Source: Pyrobaculum aerophilum str. IM2 (GTDB lineage Archaea; Thermoproteota; Thermoprotei; Thermoproteales; Thermoproteaceae). From it: DNA of 32,000 bases. This document shows, piece after piece, positions 25,682-32,000 of this stretch. The stretch is from NCBI RefSeq assembly GCF_000007225.1, contig NC_003364.1, positions 540,001 to 572,000 on the forward strand. The letters are read 5' to 3'. Under the pieces are notes generated by a model. It was not told the DNA's origin, did not search any database, and was given only the letters and a program-made list of their open reading frames with translations. A program made the translations under genes and the position numbers. Position 1 is the first letter of the stretch; every line of letters begins with the position of its first letter.

Positions 25682-26263
25682 GTGATAATATTAATAGCAG
25701 TGGCGTTTATAATAAGCGTCGTTATATTTGCAATTGTAAAGCCCGCCGCCTGCTTTGCCTTGTACGCAGGGGCGGCTCTATACGCCCTTTATCTCCCCGC
25801 GGGTTTGTTAGTAAAGTGGAAGCTGTCAAAAGGCTTCCCCATAGCATTTCTAGTATATTTTTTGTCTCTAATCGCAGCCGGCCTTCTAGTCCTGTCAATA
25901 CCCCAGATAGGGGAAGAGTTCTTTAAAATCAGAGAGGCACAAGCCCGTTACTACTCTCTTGCTTATCAATGCCCCATCGGCAAGTTAATAACAACTCTAC
26001 AAGCGGTCTTCCTGGCGCCTTTAGTGGAGGAGGTGATCTTCAGGGGGATTCTCTTTGAAGAGACTAGGCGGGCCCTTGGTACGGCGCCTGCATATTTTGT
26101 CTCATCTCTGGCCTTTGCCCTGCTCCACTACCCAGGGCTCGGCGCTCTCCCAATATTTATCATCGCGCTGTCATTGGCATTTGCCTACCAACGGTACGGC
26201 TTGCCGGCCAGCGTTATGATACACGCATTTCAAAACACAGTAGCCACGCTTTTTTTCTACTAG
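25682..26263 (+). CDS. CPBP-family intramembrane glutamic endopeptidase (CAAX protease/Abi family)
   Basis: Multi-TM protein with the EEVIFRGILFEE, FALLH and HAFQN motifs. Confidence 0.8.
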   Translation: MIILIAVAFIISVVIFAIVKPAACFALYAGAALYALYLPAGLLVKWKLSKGFPIAFLVYFLSLIAAGLLVLSIPQIGEEFFKIREAQARYYSLAYQCPIGKLITTLQAVFLAPLVEEVIFRGILFEETRRALGTAPAYFVSSLAFALLHYPGLGALPIFIIALSLAFAYQRYGLPASVMIHAFQNTVATLFFY

Positions 26264-26790
26264 CCGAAGTCCGTCTTAACGCCCCCCTCTGCAGCGCAGA
26301 CTAACTCGGCCATCTTAACAGGGTCATCGACATACACTATTTTAACGGCCTTTCGCTCGTCGAAATACTCTGGATATGCCTCTTTTAGGCGATCGGTATG
26401 AGCCCCCACGTTACTCAGTATAAATACAGGCCTCCCCATGGCGTATGCCATAAATGCCTCAATAGCCGTCCCAACGCCGCCTCCCAATACCGCCACGGCG
26501 TCTGCCGAGCGCACCATTACCACCGACCTACATCGGTATTCACAGCCAGTGCGTAGTACAATGACTTCACGGGGGAGGTGGACGTCCTCCCTCTCAATTG
26601 GCAAGACAGCCACGACTCTTAGCCCATTTCTCAACGCAACGTCAACGACGTCTTTCATATGGCCCCAATAGCCCCCGACTAGGAGCACTGCGTCTGGACA
26701 GCGCTCTGCTAGGGCCTTTATAAATTTCTCAGCTTTCTCAGCTAGGCCAGGTAGATAATTGCTGTGAATTGCTACGGCGATTTGTCTCAT
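26260..26790 (-). CDS. LOG/TIGR00725-like Rossmann-fold nucleotide-binding protein
   Basis: VLLVGGYWGHM...ADAVAVLGGGVGTAIEAF matches the GGGxGTxxE signature of the LOG/SLOG superfamily. It overlaps moaB by 4 nt. Confidence 0.6.
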   Translation of the reverse strand: MRQIAVAIHSNYLPGLAEKAEKFIKALAERCPDAVLLVGGYWGHMKDVVDVALRNGLRVVAVLPIEREDVHLPREVIVLRTGCEYRCRSVVMVRSADAVAVLGGGVGTAIEAFMAYAMGRPVFILSNVGAHTDRLKEAYPEYFDERKAVKIVYVDDPVKMAELVCAAEGGVKTDFG

Positions 26791-27338
26791 TTTATTAAAT
26801 ACAAGAGGTGTGATATTTCTTGTAAAATTATCTTCATGCCCGTCTTTACGGCATTAGGCGAGCCGGGGAGTAGAAAAACGGCCTTGCCGTTTATGACCCC
26901 TGCAGTGGCCCTGGTAAGAAAGGCAGCCGCGCCTACTTCCTGGACGCTGAAGTATCGAAACACATCGCCAAAGCCCTCGATTTCCTTCTCAAAGAGAGGC
27001 CTCACGGCCTCAATAGTCACGTCAGTCTTTGTAAGCCCGGTGCCGCCGGTGAGCACAATTACGTCTAAATCGTCTCTGGAGACTAATTCGAGAATTCTGC
27101 GCCTAATTACATACATGTCGTCAGGGATTAAATCGCGCCCCACCACTTCGTGCCCAGCCTCCCTTGCCATCTCTACGGCTAAGTCGCCTGACTCGTCTCT
27201 TGGCGAGCCGCCGGACATCTTCTCTCTGTATCTCGAAGTGCTCACTGTAATTATATAAAATCTGGCAGTGCTGGGGCCTTGTCTTCTGTGGTGCTCGTGG
27301 GCCATGGGATTTAAATTATCGCTATTTATATCCTGCAA
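26787..27338 (-). CDS. moaB: Molybdenum cofactor biosynthesis protein MoaB/MogA family
   Basis: Shows ITVSTSRY...DESGD...VIVLTGGTGLTKTDVT...LLPGSPNAV. An alternative start is the ATG at 27305 (MAHEHH...), with a tataaata box about 24 nt upstream. Confidence 0.85.
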   Translation of the reverse strand: MQDINSDNLNPMAHEHHRRQGPSTARFYIITVSTSRYREKMSGGSPRDESGDLAVEMAREAGHEVVGRDLIPDDMYVIRRRILELVSRDDLDVIVLTGGTGLTKTDVTIEAVRPLFEKEIEGFGDVFRYFSVQEVGAAAFLTRATAGVINGKAVFLLPGSPNAVKTGMKIILQEISHLLYLIK

Positions 27339-27702
27339 CCCGCCTCGCCTCCTCCACTATGGCCAAGGCTAACGGCATGTAGTCAGCAAGTCGGGACAGT
27401 GAGCCCTTTACAAGACGTATTTTCCCGAGGGCGAAGGCGGCAAACGCAGGCAATGAGCCTTCAAAGATTTTCATAAAAACATCGTAATTCCCCTCAATTA
27501 TATAGTCGCCATTTTGATCCCCCTCGGCCAGTAGAGCTCTTGAGCATTTGCCGCCTACAAACTCTAATAAGAGGGTTAATACGCCGGTTTTTGAAATCTC
27601 AAGAGGCGCGTTCACAGCCCTTATTACAAACACGCCCTCTGCGCCTTCATACTGCAAATTTTTACAAAGCCCCGAGGCCCACCCCTGAGTTGGTTTAAAC
27701 AT
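27322..27702 (-). CDS. SCP2 sterol-carrier-like domain protein
   Basis: The 126-aa protein has the C-terminal pattern FMKIFEGSLPAFAAFALGKIRLVKGSLSRL, typical of SCP2 (GklkieGdm). Confidence 0.6.
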   Translation of the reverse strand: MFKPTQGWASGLCKNLQYEGAEGVFVIRAVNAPLEISKTGVLTLLLEFVGGKCSRALLAEGDQNGDYIIEGNYDVFMKIFEGSLPAFAAFALGKIRLVKGSLSRLADYMPLALAIVEEARRVAGYK

Positions 27703-27732
27703 AATTTAACAATAACAAAAGTTTTATTACAG

Positions 27733-28215
27733 ATGCTCATCGCGTTAGATCTCGACGGAACAGTCTGGGATCACCACGACATCTCCTCTCTCTACCCGCC
27801 CTTCAAACGCGTATCCCCGTTAAAAATCCAAGACAACCGCGGCGCTGAAGTGACGTTGAGAAAGCATGTAAGAGACTTCTTGCAATGGGCCAGAAACAGC
27901 GGCCACATTATCACCACTCTTTCGTGGAACGACTTTCAAGTAGCGTACCAAGCGCTTAGGGCATTTGAAATAGACGCGTATTTCCACTACTTAGTAATTG
28001 AGCCGCATCCGCGCAAGGACAAGATGCTATACTACTTACTGAGGCGTATTAAAGCCGAGAGAGGCGTGGAGATAAAACCCCAGGATATTGTCTATATTGA
28101 CGACAGAGATATTCACATAAGGGAGATATGGGAGAACATAGGGCCTGTGCGCTTTATTCAATTTGGAATAGACGTCAAATGCTTTTTAGAAATCATCCCG
28201 TTGCTGTCAGCATAA
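27733..28215 (+). CDS. HAD-superfamily phosphatase, magnesium-dependent phosphatase-1 (MDP-1)-like
   Basis: Motif I is ALDLDGTVWDH, a TLSWN motif II-like segment follows, and IVYIDDRDIH is the motif IV region. Length is 160 aa. Confidence 0.7.
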   Translation: MLIALDLDGTVWDHHDISSLYPPFKRVSPLKIQDNRGAEVTLRKHVRDFLQWARNSGHIITTLSWNDFQVAYQALRAFEIDAYFHYLVIEPHPRKDKMLYYLLRRIKAERGVEIKPQDIVYIDDRDIHIREIWENIGPVRFIQFGIDVKCFLEIIPLLSA

Positions 28216-29418
28216 TTTAAGTGACAACGCATCCTCTATTAGCCTCTCCACGGGCCACTTTTGGTACTCAAATGTTAACGCCTTTACCTCTTTGGCCTTT
28301 TTGTAGGCCTCCGCGCGGCTGGCCCCCTCTTTAATCATTCTGTTCATATGGAACTCAGTGAGGATGTAGGGGAGCGCCTTTTGGAGGTTCTCCGTAATCC
28401 TCTCCTCGTCTATGTACACGTTTTTCAAAACTCTCAGGGCGCTAGTGAGTATTTCATCTAGGGCGAGGAGGGCTTCGGGTATCCAGACTCTCTCGTTGGC
28501 GGAATTCGTGAGATCTCGTTCGTGCCACAGAGCCACGTTTTCAAACGCGACGTGCGTCAACGCCCTCACGTATCTAGCCAGGCTGACGATGCGCTCAGAC
28601 GCGGTAGGGTTTGCTTTGTGGGGCATGGCGGAGGACCCCCCGCCCCTCTCTACTACCTCGCCTATTTCAGGCCGGGACAGCTCTCTTATCTCCACGGCGA
28701 GGCGCTCAAAAACGGCGGCCATTAGGGCCAGCGCCGAGGCCAAGACGGCGAAGCTCTCGCGCGGGGCCACTTGGGTAGTAATTACGTGATGGGGGAGGCC
28801 CAGCCTCTCCGCAACTCTCCTCCTGACCTCCAGCCCAAGCTCCCCCCACGAGGCCATTGTGCCCACTGCCCCTCCTATTTTCGCCCTGATGAACTCCTCC
28901 GCCAGCGCCAACTGCCTGCAGGCAATATATAACTCGTAGTAGTAATTGGCAAATTTAAAGCCCAGTGTAATTGGCTCAGCCCACTGGCCGTGGGTTCTCC
29001 CCACCATTTCCAGCGTTTTATATTTCCTGGCCATGCTGGCCAGCTGGTCGCCGACGGCGCGTGCCTTTTCTTTCACCGCCGCCAAAGCCCTCCGTATGAG
29101 GAGGGCCCACGCCGTGTCAATAATGTCGTTAGACGTTGCGCCGTAGTGTACATACCTACAGCCGCTTTTCTGCTCTAGCAAAAGCACGAGGCTTAAAATA
29201 TCATGCCCTGTCTCTCTTTCTAGTCTATACACCTCATCGGCGCTTACAGACGCCTTGTTTACCTTTTCACAACAGCCCCGCTCCGCAACGCCCAGCTCCT
29301 CTAAGGCGCAGACGAGCGCCCTTTCAACCTCTAAATAGGCGTTTATAATAGCCTCGTTAGTGAACAAGCGCCGTATTTCCTCAGAGCCGTAGCGCCAGTC
29401 AAAAGGCGATACGTGCAT
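28207..29418 (-). CDS. purB: Adenylosuccinate lyase
   Basis: Shows GATSNDIIDT and the fumarate-lyase signature GSSAMPHKANP. The N-terminus SPFDWRYGS is typical of PurB. Confidence 0.9.
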   Translation of the reverse strand: MHVSPFDWRYGSEEIRRLFTNEAIINAYLEVERALVCALEELGVAERGCCEKVNKASVSADEVYRLERETGHDILSLVLLLEQKSGCRYVHYGATSNDIIDTAWALLIRRALAAVKEKARAVGDQLASMARKYKTLEMVGRTHGQWAEPITLGFKFANYYYELYIACRQLALAEEFIRAKIGGAVGTMASWGELGLEVRRRVAERLGLPHHVITTQVAPRESFAVLASALALMAAVFERLAVEIRELSRPEIGEVVERGGGSSAMPHKANPTASERIVSLARYVRALTHVAFENVALWHERDLTNSANERVWIPEALLALDEILTSALRVLKNVYIDEERITENLQKALPYILTEFHMNRMIKEGASRAEAYKKAKEVKALTFEYQKWPVERLIEDALSLKLC

Positions 29419-29423
29419 ACGGC

Positions 29424-29903
29424 CTATTTCAAAGCTGTTGCTAGCTGTCTTGCCTTTTCTATTAGCTTTCTCACGTCTTTGGCAGCGGAGTCATCGTCAG
29501 GGTATATGGAGAGTATTCCCTCTGGATCAGGCCCATTGTACTGATATTCGTGGAGGAGTAAGGCTAGATTTGTGTAGAGGTCTACCTCCCCCCCTATTAT
29601 CTGCGCTACTTTTTTAAGCGCCGATGTCGGCATAATTGCGATGACCCACATCGCCTTCTCTACTACTCGCCTTGAGCCCCTTAACCTCTTACGGCCTGGA
29701 AACGCCTTTTTCAACTCCTCGAGCTTGTCTACAGAGTGCGCCGCCACCACCGCCTTCCAGCTCTGAAAGGCCTTGCCTGCCGCGTTGCGCACAAGCCCCT
29801 CCTCTAAGAACTCCTCTGAGATCTCGGCCTCGTATACCGCCTCTCGCAGCCTAACCTCTTTATACCGCCTTAAGTCAAACCAGGGCTTAGGCAAAACTTC
29901 CAT
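29424..29903 (-). CDS. PaREP1-family protein (intact copy)
   Basis: The 159-aa helical protein has EEFLEEGLVRNAAGKAFQSWKA and LLLHEYQYNGPDPEG, segments I recall as characteristic of the archaeal PaREP1 family. It is homologous to the decayed copy at 22777-23172. Confidence 0.65.
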   Translation of the reverse strand: MEVLPKPWFDLRRYKEVRLREAVYEAEISEEFLEEGLVRNAAGKAFQSWKAVVAAHSVDKLEELKKAFPGRKRLRGSRRVVEKAMWVIAIMPTSALKKVAQIIGGEVDLYTNLALLLHEYQYNGPDPEGILSIYPDDDSAAKDVRKLIEKARQLATALK

Positions 29904-29923
29904 GTGGATGCCACGCCCTGTAT

Positions 29924-30925
29924 TTAAATCCCCTTCTCTTTTCTTAAATCAACCATGTGATGGGGCTCCGGGCCCGTTCCAATTAGAGTAACGGGTACGC
30001 CGAGGGCCTCCTCTACTTCTTCAATCCACCTCCTCGCCTCTGGCGGCAAATCGGCCCACTTTGTCTTGCCCGAGGCGTCTTTGAACAACACATCGATTTT
30101 AGTAATTGCAATTTGAGTAGGCGTATTTAACAAGACGGCCCTCTTGGCGAGCTCCATATTAAACGGCGCGGCCCTCCTGGGCCTCCCAGTTACAGCTCCG
30201 CGCTCGGCCCAGCCCCTCCTCTCCGCTTCCTCTGGTGAGAGCTCGCCGGGCAGGGGGCCGTTGCCCACTCTAGTCACATAGGCCTTGAATACTAACACCA
30301 CGTGATCAACCGCCTTGGGGCCGACGCCGGCCTCGCTCAAAACGCCGCTGGCCGTTACGTCTCTGCTTGTGACATAGGGGTAAGTGCCGTGGTAAAGAGA
30401 GAGGAAAGTGCCCTGAGTCCCCTCTATTACGACGCCTCCCTCTCTGTGCTCGTGTATCATGGCGGGGACGTCTGCCAGATACGGCTTGAGCTCTTCGAAC
30501 TCTCTGGCCAGTCTAAGCCGCCTCAATACTCTGTCGACCATGGCTGCGCCGACGCCCTGCCCCGTGGAGCCGACAGTCTTCATTAAGAACTCGTCTCTCC
30601 TCTCCCTCTCTAAGTGTACGTCTTCTATCACACCTGTGTTGTAGTCCACATAGCTACGCCCTTTGCCAAACTGCTTGACTTCTGAGAGGAAGACGTCTAT
30701 TTTAATCAAAGCGCCGGGGGCCACTGCCAGTTTAGAGCCGGGGTTTACAAAGCACGTGGGCAGTGAGCGCAATACTGTAACCTCCCCATTCCAGACGACG
30801 GTATGTCCAGCGTTGGGAGCCCCCGTCCTCACACACAGCTCCGGCTTATCCGCCATTGCGAGATACGCCGTGATTTTCCCCTTACCCGTGTCGCCGAAAA
30901 ACCCGTCTACAACAACATAGAGCAT
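29924..30925 (-). CDS. purA: Adenylosuccinate synthetase (short archaeal type)
   Basis: Shows the GDTGKGKI P-loop-like motif, GAPNAGHTV, GSTGQGVG and TGRPRR. Length is 333 aa. Confidence 0.88.
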   Translation of the reverse strand: MLYVVVDGFFGDTGKGKITAYLAMADKPELCVRTGAPNAGHTVVWNGEVTVLRSLPTCFVNPGSKLAVAPGALIKIDVFLSEVKQFGKGRSYVDYNTGVIEDVHLERERRDEFLMKTVGSTGQGVGAAMVDRVLRRLRLAREFEELKPYLADVPAMIHEHREGGVVIEGTQGTFLSLYHGTYPYVTSRDVTASGVLSEAGVGPKAVDHVVLVFKAYVTRVGNGPLPGELSPEEAERRGWAERGAVTGRPRRAAPFNMELAKRAVLLNTPTQIAITKIDVLFKDASGKTKWADLPPEARRWIEEVEEALGVPVTLIGTGPEPHHMVDLRKEKGI

Positions 30926-31031
30926 AAGACGGAACGGGCCAGCTCTTTTAAGCTATTTTCCCGAACTTCACGCGGCTCCCCTTGCCTTGCTAAGGCTAGG
31001 TGTAAAAATAGAAGGTTATGTTCTACTGAGG

Positions 31032-31609
31032 ATGTCCAGCGCAAGTCCCTCGGTGTATGATCTCATAATTCTGCTGTTAGAAAGCGCAGGAGGTAGGCTG
31101 AGCAAGTCAAAAATTCAGAGAGGTCTCCACATTCTGTCCAGACTTTCTGAAGCGTTGGAATTTAAGCCGTATAGATACGGCCCCTGGTCTCCCCAGCTGG
31201 GAGATGAAATAAACAGACTGGTGACAATGGGAGCGGTGCGCGTGGAGAAAACGAAGTGGAGCTCGCCGACAGCGAGGCGGCGGGCCATGCCAGGACTAAA
31301 GTAGGCGGCCAGGAGCTGGAGCTGGTCAGAGAAGTCGGGGAGTTGCTCAAACTGGCCACCGACGACAAGCTTTTGCTCTATACTTATGCGCTGTACGGCG
31401 GTGACGAAAAGTCTGATGTAAAGAACAGCATCTATAGACGGCGCATTGACTTAGCGATTTCGTTATTGCAGAAAGGAGCGGTGTCCTTCACGCTGGCCGC
31501 CCGCCTCGCGGGCTTGTCGCCGTTTGAGCTCATGGAGGAGCTGAAGAAAAGGGGGGTAAAGCCCTTTGTGGCAGAAAGAGAGGATCTCGACGTCATTAAC
31601 TACCGGTGA
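31032..31609 (+). pseudogene. YwgA-like winged-helix / UPF0175-family (antitoxin-like) gene with one frameshift
   Basis: The N-terminal part (KIQRGLHILSRL...FKPYRYGPWSPQLGDEINRLV) is YwgA/Panacea-like. The C-terminal part (AISLLQKGAVSFTLAARLAGLSPFELMEELKKRGVKP) is UPF0175-like. The frames join if the A4 run at 31248-31251 is read as A5 (VEKNEVELADSE). A TATA box (tgtaaaaata, 31001-31010) is centred about 26 nt before the ATG at 31032. Confidence 0.55.
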
Positions 31610-32000
31610 GACTTGTGGTGGACTCCTCTACGCTTGTTGCTAAATGCAAAGGCCTTATACCTCCTCGAGGGGCTTGCACAACGCGGCGTGGAGATAATTA
31701 TTCCGAGCGCAGTCCGCCAAGAGTTAGCCGGGGCTGGGCGCAATATCCACAACCCGAATTTCACCGTAGTTTCGCCCACATCGCCAACATCCGACGCGAG
31801 TTTGGGCCCCGGGGAGGCAGAGGCTATAGCCTTTGCCTAGAGCATGGGCCGGAGAGCGCCTTATTAGTCACCGAAGACAAGGCGGCTGGGAAAAAGGCCT
31901 GGAGGCTCGGAAAAAGTCCGCCGTGACGTTGGGACTTATCGTACTGGCGGCTAAACACGGCGTAGTCACCACAGATGAGGCGCTGAAACTTATCAAAAAG
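31606..32000 (+). pseudogene. DUF3368-type PIN-like toxin gene, multiply frameshifted, runs off the right edge
   Basis: Homologous segments lie in three frames: VVDSSTL (frame of 31606), LLNAKALYLLEGL...IIIPSAVRQEL...GPGEAEAIAFA* (frame of 31613), LEHGPESALLVTEDKAAGKKAWRLG (back to the first frame), then SAVTLGLIVLAAKHGVVTTDEALKLIKK (third frame). Together they reproduce the DUF3368 pattern vvDssPLi.La...LL..l...v.iP.aV..El...GE.eaI.lA...lL.D.kAR..A..lGl.v.GtlGvL..Ak..G. Confidence 0.6.

Noticed and set aside
1-32000. Search for CRISPR arrays, rRNA, tRNA genes, IS elements, transposases and integrases
   Set aside because: I saw no regularly spaced 24-37-bp repeats, no tRNA T-arm consensus (GGTTCRAATCC-like) in any intergenic region, and no DDE, tyrosine or serine recombinase-like ORF. 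The only repeats found are the 48-bp pair and the PaREP-related homologies.

Overview
The window looks like a chromosomal segment from a Pyrobaculum-type hyperthermophilic crenarchaeon (Thermoproteales). Three things support this. It carries archaeal hallmark genes: TiaS, the bifunctional FBP aldolase/phosphatase, a two-subunit 2-oxoacid:ferredoxin oxidoreductase and a short PurA. Most starts have a TATA box about 25 nt upstream (leaderless-type architecture), many of them GTG or TTG. It also contains members of the Pyrobaculum-specific PaREP1 and PaREP2 repeat-protein families.

Most of the window is densely packed housekeeping metabolism: sufD (partial), tiaS, OFOR alpha/beta, fbp, carA-carB-lysX/argX, hisH/hisI/hisC/hisG, tmk, moaB, purB and purA.

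Features the ORF track does not explain:
1. A roughly 207-nt GC-rich structured RNA at 2976-3182 that I interpret as a minimal (type T-like) RNase P RNA.
2. At least five reading-frame breaks that would be repaired by adding one nucleotide to a short homopolymer run, in marC, the carA N-terminus, a YwgA/UPF0175-like gene and a DUF3368 PIN-like gene.
3. A 48-bp direct repeat (46/48 identical, exactly 2800 bp apart). It duplicates the 5' end of an AIR-synthase-related gene, brackets a three-gene block, and abuts the 3' end of a 535-aa PaREP2-like repeat protein.
4. PaREP1 copies, one intact and one decayed, wedged between pur and his genes.
5. Two decayed PIN-type toxin-antitoxin remnants.

I found no CRISPR array, rRNA, tRNA, transposase or integrase. 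No single locus here convinces me it is a complete novel multi-gene system. The most unusual region is 16.0-20.5 kb (repeat-bracketed block plus PaREP2).
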